A DNA stretch of 64,000 nt from a virus. Shown one piece after another: positions 10,747-21,406 of the stretch (within the stretch, counting starts at the first letter, position 1; each line of letters starts with the position of its first letter). The stretch spans positions 64,001 through 128,000 of IMG/VR virus record IMGVR_UViG_3300045125_000040. One strand, written 5' to 3'. The notes under the pieces were generated by a model that did no database searches, was not told the origin of the DNA, and saw nothing but the letters and a program-made list of their open reading frames with translations. The position numbers and the translations under genes are program-made.

Positions 10747-11298
10747 ATGGCAGTAGCATATGGACCAACTTCCATAGCTAAATTTGGTGATCCTACAACT
10801 TCTGGTTTGTTGGGTAAAAGATATGTAGGATGCTATACCAATGGCGTTCCGACTCCTGCTCTAAATGACCCTTCATGGTTCAGAACGGCCACTTTGCAAG
10901 GTAGTACCAGCACAGTAACAGCATTAAACGCTTTTACCAGTAGCGCAGATACTTATAGCTGGATGTTCTTAGGTTATTTTAAACCAACAACTACAGAAAT
11001 ATATACGTTTTATTGCACTGTAGACGATAACGGGCAAATATGGATTGGAGATAAAGCAATAAGCGGTTATGACACTTCTAATTCTTTATTAACAACCACT
11101 TCTGCTGGCACAGAATTTTCTGCTGCTATATCGTTGATCGCAGGTAAATACTATCCTATCAGAATTATGTTTGGTGAAAATTTAGGTAATGATTATATCA
11201 CGGTATCGTTTGCTACAGCTACTATTGCAAAAACTACAAATGGTTCGGGATATTATTTTGGCGGCGATTCTGCCTGGAATAGATTTGGAGCACTCTAA
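10747..11298 (+). CDS. PA14-domain (carbohydrate-binding) virion protein
   Basis: YSWMFLGYFKP..YTFY..DD..IWIG..L.AGKYYPIRIMFGE..G PA14 pattern. Confidence 0.8.
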   Translation: MAVAYGPTSIAKFGDPTTSGLLGKRYVGCYTNGVPTPALNDPSWFRTATLQGSTSTVTALNAFTSSADTYSWMFLGYFKPTTTEIYTFYCTVDDNGQIWIGDKAISGYDTSNSLLTTTSAGTEFSAAISLIAGKYYPIRIMFGENLGNDYITVSFATATIAKTTNGSGYYFGGDSAWNRFGAL

Positions 11299-11984
11299 TG
11301 GGGCTTAGTCATTCTCCTAGAATAGTCACTAATGGATTAGTTGGGTATTGGGATGCCGGTAACGCTCGTAGTTATCCTGGTTCTGGAACTACATGGACCG
11401 ATTTGAGTGGTAACGTTTTGAATGGAACCTTAACTTCTACAACATTTAGTTCTAGCAATGGCGGGTCTTTAGTATTTGATGGATTGAATAGTATTTCAGA
11501 TCATGGAACGTCATCAACTCTCAATTTAACTACTGCCCTAACACTTGATGCGTGGATATATCCTACTGGTTGGGGTGAGGGGTCATTAGGAAGAATAATT
11601 CAGAGAACTGATGCTTCAGAGCTTGGATATATACTTTTTGCAGGAAACACAGGTATATATTCTAGTGGCATAGTTTATGTCGTAAATGCGTCAACTAGTG
11701 TTTTTACTTATATAAACAATGTAGTAGCGTTAAATACATGGGCAAACTTTACTGTAACCCACGGCGGCGGAGTAGCAACAATATATAAAAACGGTATTAA
11801 TATAGGTTCTGCCAACTTATCTCAAGCCACTACAGTATCTTCTAATTTTTACATAGGAAATAGATCTGCCGTAGACAGAACATTCCAAGGTAACATACCG
11901 TGTGTTAAAGTTTATAACCGTGCTTTATCTGCAACAGAAGTTTTACAAAACTACAACGCTCTAAGAGGAAGATTCGGAATATGA
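11298..11984 (+). CDS. LamG/concanavalin A-like lectin domain virion protein
   Basis: SPRIVTNGLVGYWDAGN..SYPGSGTTWTDLSGN ... VYNRALSATEVLQNYNALRGRFG. Confidence 0.85.
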   Translation: MGLSHSPRIVTNGLVGYWDAGNARSYPGSGTTWTDLSGNVLNGTLTSTTFSSSNGGSLVFDGLNSISDHGTSSTLNLTTALTLDAWIYPTGWGEGSLGRIIQRTDASELGYILFAGNTGIYSSGIVYVVNASTSVFTYINNVVALNTWANFTVTHGGGVATIYKNGINIGSANLSQATTVSSNFYIGNRSAVDRTFQGNIPCVKVYNRALSATEVLQNYNALRGRFGI

Positions 11985-13474
11985 GTGTTTATGAAGGACC
12001 AGCTAACTGGTGGGCTGTTAATAACAATTCTGGCAGAACTCATATTTCTACCAAAGCTGTTTCTCAATCAGGTTTAATAATGAATCTTGACGCTGGTTCT
12101 TCTACTAGTTATTCAGGTAGTGGAACTACATGGACAGATTTAACAGGCACTAACAATGGAACTTTAGTAAACGGACCTTATTATTCTTCGTTTTCTTATG
12201 GTAGTATGGGATTTGATGGCACTAATGATTATATGACATCAACTTTAGCCACCACAAGTGGTCAAGCTGTGACTTATGAAGGTTGGTTATATTCTATAGA
12301 AACTACATCAACTGCCAGAAATTTTGTTGATAGCGGTTCTGCAAATCCTAGAATCTGGTGGAATACTTCTGGTCAAATTGAATTTGATTCTACAGGTTTT
12401 ACTACTACAACAGTTTATAGAAATCAGTGGGTTCATGTAGTATTATCTAAACCTTCAGGTTCGTCTGCAGCTTCATATTATGTTAATGGAGTGTTGGTTG
12501 GAACTGGTTCAGCATACACTACGCCTGCAGTAACTCCTGCTTGGTTTAATGTTGCAGCCGCATCTACTTGGAAAGGTAAATGCGCTATGATCCATGTTTA
12601 TAACCGTGCATTATCGGCTGCAGAAATTTTATCTAATTATAATGCCACTAGTAAAAGATTTACCGCAGTTGCAGATTTTTCATTCATAAGTTCTGGTGGT
12701 GTTGCAACGGGAGGTGACATTACAGACGTTGAAGGATATCGCTATCATATATTCAATTCTTCTAATAATTTAACAGTTTCTTCTGGTTCTGGAAATGTAG
12801 AATATGCTATAGTTGCTGGCGGTGGTGGTGGTGGTGTTTCTGGAGGTTGGGAAGCTGGTGGCGGCGGCGGCGCAGGAGGTATGCTTACTGGAACTATTAG
12901 TATTAATACAGCATCAAGTCCTTATACTATAACAGTTGGTGCTGGTGGTGCAGCTAGAACTACTGGATCTAATAGTTCTGCTTTTTCTTTAACTGCTAAT
13001 GGTGGTGGTAAAGGTGGCGTTGGAATTGATTCTGTATATGCTGGAGGTCCTGGTGGATCAGGAGGTGGTGCGACGACCGGCTCGGGTGGATTAGGAACTA
13101 CAGGACAAGGAAGTAATGGTGGATCTGGTATAGCAACAGGCACCCAGTGTAATATTGGCGGTCCTGGCGGCGGCGGTAAATCTGCCGTTGGTTTATCTTC
13201 TAAAGATAGTGTGAGGGTTGGTGCGCCTGGTGGAGCAGGACAGTTATTTGGTTTCAGTTATTATGCTGGTGGTGGTTCTGGTGGTAATGGAAATTCTAAT
13301 GTCGCACAAATAGCAGCATTAGGTGGTGGTGGCGTAGGTCAAACTAATGCAGCATCTGCTATTGCTGGAACGATAAATACTGGTGGTGGTGGCGGAGGAG
13401 GTCGATACGCTGCTGCAGGTACAACAGCAGCAGCGGGAGGATCTGGTGTAGTAATTATAAGGTATCCACTATAA
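11981..13474 (+). CDS. LamG domain plus glycine-rich tip domain protein
   Basis: LamG motifs, then YRYHIF..AGGGGGG..GGSGVVIIRYP glycine-rich domain. Confidence 0.8.
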   Translation: MSVYEGPANWWAVNNNSGRTHISTKAVSQSGLIMNLDAGSSTSYSGSGTTWTDLTGTNNGTLVNGPYYSSFSYGSMGFDGTNDYMTSTLATTSGQAVTYEGWLYSIETTSTARNFVDSGSANPRIWWNTSGQIEFDSTGFTTTTVYRNQWVHVVLSKPSGSSAASYYVNGVLVGTGSAYTTPAVTPAWFNVAAASTWKGKCAMIHVYNRALSAAEILSNYNATSKRFTAVADFSFISSGGVATGGDITDVEGYRYHIFNSSNNLTVSSGSGNVEYAIVAGGGGGGVSGGWEAGGGGGAGGMLTGTISINTASSPYTITVGAGGAARTTGSNSSAFSLTANGGGKGGVGIDSVYAGGPGGSGGGATTGSGGLGTTGQGSNGGSGIATGTQCNIGGPGGGGKSAVGLSSKDSVRVGAPGGAGQLFGFSYYAGGGSGGNGNSNVAQIAALGGGGVGQTNAASAIAGTINTGGGGGGGRYAAAGTTAAAGGSGVVIIRYPL

Positions 13475-13830
13475 TGGCACATTTCGCAGAGATAGATGAA
13501 AACAATATTGTCATGAGAGTTTTGGTTGTTCCTAACGATCAAGAACATAGGGGTCAGGATTTCTTATCCAACGATTTAGGTTTAGGTGGAATTTGGATAC
13601 AGTGTAGTTACAATAATAAAATAAGAAAACAATATCCAGGTCCAGGTTTTATATATGATCCTGAAAAAGATATTTTCATAATTCCAAAACCACATGATAG
13701 TTGGATACTAGATGAAAATAATGATTGGCAAGCGCCAATACCTTATCCAGACGATGGTCAACAATACGTTTGGGATGAATCTGTATTAAACTGGAAAATT
13801 ATAGAGATCGTAGAGAGCATAGATGGCTAA
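13474..13830 (+). CDS. Conserved partner of Gly-rich fibre tip proteins
   Basis: MAHFAEIDENN..WIQCSYN..IRKQY.G.GF.YD..D.FI.PKP..SW.L...WQAP.PYP. Confidence 0.7.
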   Translation: MAHFAEIDENNIVMRVLVVPNDQEHRGQDFLSNDLGLGGIWIQCSYNNKIRKQYPGPGFIYDPEKDIFIIPKPHDSWILDENNDWQAPIPYPDDGQQYVWDESVLNWKIIEIVESIDG

Positions 13831-14688
13831 TACTTATAAAAATATAGTAATTACTCCAAATATAGGTTCGAACACTGCTGATCCAAAAGTAGTATATTCT
13901 GGCGGTAATACCACAGCTAACACAGATATAACTCTTTATGTGTATCCAGATTCAAATGGTTCTCTTTCTTGGGAAGGTTCTGCTGGCCAGTTATTCTCTA
14001 TAACTAACGATTTATCTAATAATCTTTTTGGTGTTAATGATATTTCTGGCATTCCTTATATCGAAGTTTATGCTAACGGTCTTGTTTCTGTTGCACAATA
14101 TGGTGGAAATGTCACAATAGGTAATACTGCAGAGTTTATATTGACTCCTGGCGCTGGATTATGGGCAAATAGTTCTGTTGGAACAGCAGGTCAGGTTCTT
14201 ACATCTAATGCTTCTTCGGTTTACTGGAGACCTTCAGTAACAAATGCAGCATCTGTTGCATTAACTACACAATCAACTGTAGACTTTACTGGTATTCCTT
14301 CTTGGGTAAGAAAAATTACAGTTTTATTCCATCAAGTTTCATTATCGGGCGGCGATAAACCGTTGTTGTACAGTTAGGAACTTCTGGTGGTTTTGTTACT
14401 ACTGGTTATCAATCATGGGAAAGTAGTGGAGGAACCTCCACTACTGGAATTTTAATTCCTGGAACAACTGCAACAGACACTAGATCGGGGTCATTTCAAT
14501 TTTTCTTAATTGATGGCGTTGGATTATGGGTTTGTACTGGTCTCTGTAATAATAATGGTGGTAGTATAAGTAGCGATCAAAGAATTTTAGCCATAGTAAA
14601 CCTTGCTGCTGCTCTTACACAAGTCAGATTAACTAGAACAGGAACTAATACGTTTGATGGTGGTACTGTAAATATATTTTATGAATAA
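13823..14688 (+). CDS. Tail fibre protein (1 apparent indel near 14365)
   Basis: EGSAGQLFSITNDL..VNDISGIP.IEV domain; C-terminal domain continues in another frame to FDGGTVNIFYE*. Confidence 0.7.
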
Positions 14689-14694
14689 CAATTA

Positions 14695-14702
14695 TATAAA
14701 TA
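14695..14702 (+). promoter_or_regulatory. T4-type late promoter TATAAATA
   Basis: Exact gp55 consensus in intergenic gap upstream of ATG 14731. Confidence 0.7.
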
Positions 14703-14730
14703 ATAAAAACAACCAAGGGGATAGGGAACC

Positions 14731-15580
14731 ATGGCAGATAAAAGATTTCGCCGTTAAAAATGGTATAGTTGTAAATACTTCTTTTTCAGCTAATTCTTCT
14801 GGCATATATTTTAGTAATACTTTATTAGCTAATTCTACACAAGTAAACGCTGCAACATTTACTGGGACTGCAAATAACACATCGTTTGTAGGTTCTGTAT
14901 CAGCCGCTAATGTGGTCTCTAATGCTCAGTTATCATCAAACTTAGCAAATTATGTCACAACAACAAATCTAACAAATAATTTATCTAATTATCAGACTAC
15001 TGCAGGTCTCTCTGCCAACGTATCCACTCTTACAGCAAATAATACTTCTTTTGTGGGATCAGTATCAGCCGCTAATGTGGTCTCTAATGCTCAGTTGTCA
15101 GCCAATCTAGGCAATTATGTCACAACAACAAATCTAACAAACAATTTATCCAATTATCAAACCACCGCTGGTCTAAACGCTAATATCGCCTCATACCTAC
15201 CAACATACTCCGGTGTTGTCAACGGATCTACTTTTTCTGTTGGTTCTTCATGGACGGCTAATACTACAAGAGTTGTTTTTGGAACAACAGTAGGGCTTCA
15301 AGCCAATGGTTCCATAGGTTCTGCAAATCAAGCACTATTTTCTAATGGCACTACAGTATACTGGGCTAATGTTTCTGGCGGCGCTGGTTATTACAAAGGT
15401 AATCAAGGAGCAGCAGGTTCTCCTTCTAACGCTAATAACCTTTTCAGAATCAATTCAAATACTATGTCAAACAATATAACCATTTCAGCGGGAGAAAACG
15501 CATTAACTACAGGCCCAATAACTGTAAATACTGGAATCACACTAACCATCGATACTGGTGGTAGAGCAGTAATAATATAA
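14731..15580 (+). CDS. Tail fibre protein (indel just after start)
   Basis: ATG GCA GAT AAA then shifted DFAVKNG; C-terminal NITISAGENALTTGPITVNTGITLTI..G.RAVII domain. Confidence 0.7.
14867..15185 (+). repeat. Tandem 165-bp repeat; its first half is also present at 362-457
   Basis: TANNTSFVGSVSAANVVSNAQLS.NL.NYVTTTNLTNNLSNYQTTAGL twice; NNTSFVGSVSAANVVSNAQLSANLANY also in the first gene. Confidence 0.9.
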
Positions 15581-15589
15581 GAGGCTACT

Positions 15590-16406
15590 ATGAGCACATT
15601 ATCCGTAACAACAATTAATACTGCTAATACAACCACTGATCTAACTTTGGCTTCAGGAAACAATTCTGCTGGTAAAATAGTTATACCAGCATCTGGTTCA
15701 GCTATAAAAGCTAACTCAATGCTTCTTCAAGTCGCAACTAATAGTTGGGCTTTACAGTGCAACACTAATGCTAATAATTCTTCTGGTATTTGGATGGAGT
15801 CTGGAGGAGCAGGACAGCTAGCATTAAGAGATAATAACGCAAATTTAGCTACCATTACAACTTCTGGTGGTGGTCTTACTACCAGCGGTGCTCTTACTAC
15901 TACTGGTAATTTTATATCTGGTGGAACGGTTACTGACAGCACGGCGACGCTTAGACCTCTGGTGCCTATGACTTCTGTTACGTTGTCCACACAATCAACT
16001 GTAGACTTTACAGGTATACCTTCTTGGGTAAGAAAAATTACAATTATATTTTATGGGGTTTCTTTGTCAGGCGGCGATAAGCCTCTAATACAATTAGGAA
16101 CATCAGGGCTTTGTCACTACTGGATATCAATCGTGGGAAAGTAGTGGTGGAACTAGCACTTCTGGAATTCTTTATCCGGGAACAACCTCAACTGACACTA
16201 GATATGGATTGACTCAGTTTGCTCTACTTGATGGTGTTGGTGCGTGGGCTTGCACTGGTCTCTGTAATAATAATGGTGGCAATATAAATAGTGATCAAAG
16301 AATTTTAGGTTTCATAAATCTCGCTGCTGCCCTTACACAAATCAGATTAACTAGAACAGGCACCAACACATTCGATGCTGGTTCTATAAACGTAATTTAC
16401 GAATAA
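15590..16406 (+). CDS. Tail fibre protein (1 apparent indel near 16107)
   Basis: MSTLSVTTINT N-terminus; joins ORF 16209..16406 to give a paralogue of the 13823 C-terminal domain. Confidence 0.7.
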
Positions 16407-16415
16407 GGAGTTATC

Positions 16416-16771
16416 ATGCAAAAACAATAGTAAACGCTGAAACTGGTGAAATAACAACAGTAGATTTAACTCCAGAGGAAATTGCTGAAGATTTAGCACA
16501 ACAAGCCATTATTGAAGCGGAACAAAGTGTTTTTGTGCCTGCTAAAGTCCCTATGTGGGCTGTTAGAACCGTTTTGCAAAATAATAATCTATTTGATCAG
16601 GCTAATACTCTTATTTCATCTTCTACTGATAATGCATTAAAAAATATTTGGGAATATGGAAATGATGTTTATAGAAATTCTCCAGCAATTGGTTCATTAG
16701 CATTAAGTTTAGGATTATCAAATGAACAAGTGGATCAGATGTTCAGAGATGCTTTTAGTATTTCCATTTAA
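16416..16771 (+). CDS. Tail fibre assembly-like protein (indel near start)
   Basis: VNAETGEITTVDLTPEE..; WEYG..V.RNSP...LGLSNEQVDQMF.A motif. Confidence 0.6.
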
Positions 16772-16783
16772 CAGGAATTAAAA

Positions 16784-17233
16784 ATGTCAACACTACAGTG
16801 CGCTAATATTCATTTCGAATCAACTCAAAACAACAGAGTTCAATATTTAGGTTCAAATAACTTTGCCTTTGTTGCCGGTGGATCTAATTTAATGGTTATA
16901 TCAACCAGTGGTAGTACATTAAATTCAGGATTTACTGTCACGCCCTATAATCTTGGTGTGATCACCACAGCATTAACTGCCAATGGAGCTCTAGGAAATT
17001 ATCAATATATGACGGCTAATGCTGCTTTCACGTTAACTGCTCCTACTTCGGACACTGCTATCGATATTCTTGTTACCAATGGAACTGGTGCCGGAACCAT
17101 TACGTTTTCTGGTTTTACTGCTCCATCTGGAGGTGGTGGCGATACGTATGCGACTACTAGTAGCAACAGATACTTGCTTATGATTCGTCGTATTAATAGT
17201 ATTGCAACATATGCTTGGAAGGCATTACAATAA
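16784..17233 (+). CDS. Virion structural protein
   Basis: MSTL N-terminus; GNYQYMTANAAFTLTAP..ILVTNGTGAGTITFSGFT. Confidence 0.6.
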   Translation: MSTLQCANIHFESTQNNRVQYLGSNNFAFVAGGSNLMVISTSGSTLNSGFTVTPYNLGVITTALTANGALGNYQYMTANAAFTLTAPTSDTAIDILVTNGTGAGTITFSGFTAPSGGGGDTYATTSSNRYLLMIRRINSIATYAWKALQ

Positions 17234-17234
17234 T

Positions 17235-17858
17235 ATGCCTACGACTACAACAACAACTTATAGCACGCCAGGAACATATACATTTACAGTTACTGCATAT
17301 AGTACCATAGTTGTAACTTGTTGGGGTGCTGGTGGAGGTGGATCAACCGCTAGTGGTAGCGTAGATTATCCAGGTGGAAATGGCGGATCTTCCACTTTTA
17401 ATACTACATTATCCGCCGGAGGCGGATTCGGTGGAGGTGGAAAATCATTACCTGGTAATGGAGGTACTGCTTCTGGTGGTACAACAAACACTAATGGTAA
17501 TGCTGCAACAGGTATGAAAGGTGGAGATTGTCCCAATGGTGGAACTGGAGGAGCAGCACGAACAGGTTTGGGAATAGGTAATAACGGAAATGCACCAGGT
17601 GGAGGTGGTGGAGCAGGTTATTTTTGTTAACAATGCAGGTGGAGGTGGATCAGGGGCTTACGTTAATAAAACTTATGTTCCTGGAGATTTATCAATAGGA
17701 TCTTCAATAACAGTAGTAGTTGGTTCAGGAGGAACTTCTGGAGGAGCAGGAGGCCCATTAGATAGTTACAGAGGAGTGTTGGAGCCGCTGGACAAGTAAC
17801 TGTTGAATTAACAACTCCATTACCAACAAATTTTAATATGCCAATTCTAGGAATGTAA
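17235..17858 (+). CDS. Glycine-rich fibre tip protein (indels)
   Basis: YSTPGTYTFTV..VTCWGAGGGG..APGGGGG..GGGSGAY..VVVGSGG; spans ORFs 17202 and 17590. Confidence 0.65.
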
Positions 17859-17867
17859 GGAAAGAAA

Positions 17868-18379
17868 ATGAGACAAACAGGATATTGTTTAATAGATAAA
17901 GATAATAATATTATTGAAAGTTGGTATGAAAATGCAGGTATGCGTTCTATTCCGGAAATAATTATATTACCCAATGGAGATATTCTAAACGCTCCTGAAG
18001 TATACGGAGTTTATGGTGATTACACTCTTGTAAAGAAGATTTCTTGTTGATGAGAGTACAGGTCAATGGTTCAGTCATACATCTTCTACAATTAAATTTA
18101 ACGGGACAGATGTTGTTGAAACATATATTTATCCACAAACTCCTAATATTGTTCCTCAATCTGTTACTTCCATTACAGTTTAGAAGAGCATTAAATCAAC
18201 TAAATTTGAGAACTCAGATTGAACAATATGTTCATACTTTAGATACTGATTCCAAAGATGCCTGGGAATATGCTACTGTTTTTGAAAGAAACAATCCTAT
18301 CATTACAAGTGCAACGCAGGCTTTAAATAAATCAACCGAAGAAGTTGATGATTTGTTTAGGTTAGCTTCTAGTTTATAA
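17868..18379 (+). CDS. Tail fibre assembly-like protein (indels)
   Basis: QFRRALNQ..WEYATVFERNNP..EEVDDLFRLA, paralogous to the 16416 gene. Confidence 0.55.
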
Positions 18380-18382
18380 ATA
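18375..18382 (+). promoter_or_regulatory. T4-type late promoter TATAAATA
   Basis: Exact consensus just upstream of gp13. Confidence 0.75.
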
Positions 18383-18401
18383 GAAACAAATAGGATAAAA
18401 A

Positions 18402-19143
18402 ATGGCAATACCAACATCAAGAGCAGAATTTACTTGAGAATTGCCTAAGACGTTTAGGCAAACCAGTCATTGAAATAAACGTTGATGATGATCAGGTTTC
18501 TGATCGTATCGACGAAGCTCTACGTTATTATTGGGATTACCATTTTGACGGATCAGAAAAGACATATTATAAACATATTATAACAGAACAAGATATTACA
18601 AACAAATACATAATAATACCAGAAAACATTATTGGCGTTGTTAATATATTTGATCTTGGTTCTGCTCTTGGTCTTAATAATCTTTTCAATATTCGTTATC
18701 AGGATTGCTTTGAATGATCTATACACTCTTACATCTGTCTCTATGGTTCCATACTATATGGCCATGAATCATGTTCAGTTTTTGGAACAAATGTTAATTG
18801 GTAAACAACCATTAAGATATAATCGTCATATGAATAAACTTTATATTGATATGTCATGGGATCAGATTTCTGTTGATAATTATTTGATTGTTGAGGCATA
18901 TCAAGTCGTTGATCCTGATGTTTATACTGATGCCTGGCTGATCGCTGGTTACTTAGATATGGCGCTTGTTTGATTAAACAACAGTGGGGTCAGAACTTGA
19001 AAAAATTTGAGGGCATGAAGATGCCCGGTGGTTTGACGTTTAATGGTCAGAAGATCTATGATGAAGCCACACAGGAACGTAATGAATTAGAGAAAGAAAT
19101 GATCATGACTTATTCTTTGCCTTGTACAGATATGATCGGATGA
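18402..19143 (+). CDS. gp13: Neck protein gp13 (indels)
   Basis: MAIPTSRAEF..CLRRLGKPVIEINVDDDQVSDRIDEAL.YYWDYHFDG ... KQQWGQNLKKFEGMKMPGG. Confidence 0.9.
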
Positions 19144-19166
19144 TATATACATAAAGAGTGTGAATA

Positions 19167-19174
19167 TATAAATA
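19167..19174 (+). promoter_or_regulatory. T4-type late promoter TATAAATA
   Basis: Exact consensus upstream of the HNH gene. Confidence 0.65.
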
Positions 19175-19194
19175 TGTTGAGCAAGGAGTTCAAC

Positions 19195-19797
19195 ATGAAA
19201 ATTAATTATAGAAAAATATATGAAAAAATTAAAGGTCCAATACCAAAAGGTTATGAAATTCATCATATAGATGGTAATCATAATAACAATGATATTGATA
19301 ATTTAAAATGTGTTTCTATTCAAGAACATTACGAAATACATAAAAAACAAGGCGATTGGGGTGCTTGTAGAAAAATATTAAAAGAATGAATATGTCAGAA
19401 GAAGAAAAAAGCAAATTATGTTCTGAATATTCAAAAAATTTTTTGGTTAAATCTTTCTCCAGAAGAACGAAAAATAATTTGTGAAAAAATTTCTAAAAGT
19501 CAAATAGGAAAACCAAAAACCGGAAAAATTGCTAAAGGACACGTCAAATCAGAAGAATGGCGTAAAAAAATATCAGAATCAAATAAAAAAACAAAAAAAG
19601 CAAATCCAGACAAAACTACAAAAGGTAAACTGTGGTGGAATAATGGGATTATAAATACAAGAAGTAAAGATTCACCGGGTTTAGAATGGGTTAAAGGTAA
19701 ATTGCCACATAACAAATCATATAATTCAGATAAAATGAAAGAAATCTGGGCTTTAAGAAAGGCTGGTAAATTACCTATGCCAGACTACGGTAAATAA
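19195..19797 (+). mobile_element. Free-standing HNH homing endonuclease between gp13 and gp14 (indels)
   Basis: GPIPKGYEIHHIDGNHNNNDIDNL..H; NUMOD3-like SEEWRKKISES and WWNNG motifs. Confidence 0.85.
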
Positions 19798-20519
19798 TGT
19801 CCACAAACTTTTTCTTCAATAATTTTCAAGCTTCACAAGAACAACTGCTTCTTGAGAATCTTATTATTGAATCTATTCGTATATATGGTCATGATGTATA
19901 CTACATTCCCCGTAAATTAAACAATTATGATTCGGTTTATGGCGCTGATGATGTTTCATCATATGAACAAGCTATTCCAATTGAAATGTATATTAAATCA
20001 ATTGATGGATTCACTGGTGATGGTGAATTCCTATCAAAATTCGGTATTGAAATTCGTAATCAAGTTATATTCTCAATGTCTCGCAGAATTTTCTCAGAAG
20101 AAGTGGGAACTATAACTACTCAAGTAAGACCCAATGAAGGCGATATTATATACTTTCCATTAAATCAAAGATTGTTTGTTATCAGATATGTAAATAAATA
20201 TGAAATGTTTTATCAATTAGGTGCGCTTCAAACGTGGGAAGTAACAACAGAAGTATTCGAATATGCTGGTGAAAAATTCAGCACTGGTATAGAAGAAATA
20301 GATTCTATTCAAACAAAATTCAGCACTGATATTCTTAATTGGGGTATTAAAGATGAAGATGGTGCATATATTCTAGACGAAGAAAGTAATTATCTAATTC
20401 TTGAAAATGCTGCTATTGATGATCTTATTGCCGCTTCTGATAATGATGAAATTCAACAAGAATCTGATCTATTTGTTGATTGGTCAGCACAAAATCCATT
20501 TACAGAGGAACATATTTAA
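19797..20519 (+). CDS. gp14: Neck protein gp14
   Basis: EQLLLENLIIESIRIYGHDVYYIPR..FLSKFGIEIRN..RPNEGDIIYFP. Confidence 0.92.
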   Translation: MSTNFFFNNFQASQEQLLLENLIIESIRIYGHDVYYIPRKLNNYDSVYGADDVSSYEQAIPIEMYIKSIDGFTGDGEFLSKFGIEIRNQVIFSMSRRIFSEEVGTITTQVRPNEGDIIYFPLNQRLFVIRYVNKYEMFYQLGALQTWEVTTEVFEYAGEKFSTGIEEIDSIQTKFSTDILNWGIKDEDGAYILDEESNYLILENAAIDDLIAASDNDEIQQESDLFVDWSAQNPFTEEHI

Positions 20520-21395
20520 TTGTTTTCCAAACCATTTTATTTTTCATTAACACGTAAGTATGTCATCCTCATGGGCACTTTGCTCAATAATATTCGTATT
20601 ACCAGAACAGATAAAGATGGTAATATGATTGATCTATTAAAAGTTCCAATTACATACGGTCCAAAAGATAAAATGCTTGCTCGTATTATGCAAGATCCAG
20701 CACTTGATAGACCAACAGCAACTGCTCCTCTCCCAATGATCTCATTCGAAATGGGTGAAATAAGATATGATGGTAGTCGTAAATTAAATACTATTGGAAA
20801 AAGCACAGTTAAAAGTGTTGGTGCTGATCAAAGAAACATTTTTAAATATCAATATAATCCTGTTCCATATAATATAAATTTTAAAGCATATATCTATGCT
20901 AAGAATGTTGAAGATGGAACAAAAATCATTGAACAGATTTTGCCATACTTCACTCCGGATTGGACTACAACATGTAATCTTATTCCAGAAATGGAAATCT
21001 CTATGGATATCCCTGTGATATTAACAAATATTAATTATGATGATAAATATGATGGTGATTTTAAAGACCGTAGAACAATTATATGGTCTTTAGATTTCTT
21101 ATTAAAAGGATATTATTATGGTCCTGTTAAGAAATCTGCTATTATTAAATTTATCAACCTTAATTTTTATATACCACCAGTTCCAGATGGTAAACTAGCT
21201 GATGCTGTTGGTAATACTGCAATCGCAGAAAAAGTGACTATTCAGCCAGGTCTAACAGCAAACGGTCAAAAGATAACTTATTCTGGTAAACCAAATGCTA
21301 ATACTGGAACTGTTCCATATGCTGAAATTGAAGTTGATGATGATTATGGATTCATAACACAAATTTATACAAAAGATGATTTAGATCAACAGTAA
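20520..21395 (+). CDS. gp15: Tail sheath stabiliser/terminator gp15
   Basis: KVPITYGPKDK..PMISFEM..YNPVPYN..QILPYFTP. Confidence 0.92.
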   Translation: MFSKPFYFSLTRKYVILMGTLLNNIRITRTDKDGNMIDLLKVPITYGPKDKMLARIMQDPALDRPTATAPLPMISFEMGEIRYDGSRKLNTIGKSTVKSVGADQRNIFKYQYNPVPYNINFKAYIYAKNVEDGTKIIEQILPYFTPDWTTTCNLIPEMEISMDIPVILTNINYDDKYDGDFKDRRTIIWSLDFLLKGYYYGPVKKSAIIKFINLNFYIPPVPDGKLADAVGNTAIAEKVTIQPGLTANGQKITYSGKPNANTGTVPYAEIEVDDDYGFITQIYTKDDLDQQ

Positions 21396-21406
21396 AGTGA
21401 AATAAA

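Larger units (their letters stand above)
14250..16406 (+). repeat. Duplicated ~435-bp C-terminal (putative receptor-binding) domain: ~14250-14688 and ~15970-16406
   Basis: TQSTVDFTGIPSWVRKIT...CTGLCNNNGG...SDQRIL...LAAALTQ.RLTRTGTNTFD.G..N..YE in both; long identical DNA stretches. Confidence 0.9.

Noticed and set aside
14250-16406. Diversity-generating retroelement (TR/VR pair), suggested by the duplicated fibre tips and Mtd-N-like domains
   Set aside because: Both copies are coding, differences are not confined to adenines and include many synonymous changes, and there is no reverse transcriptase in the window
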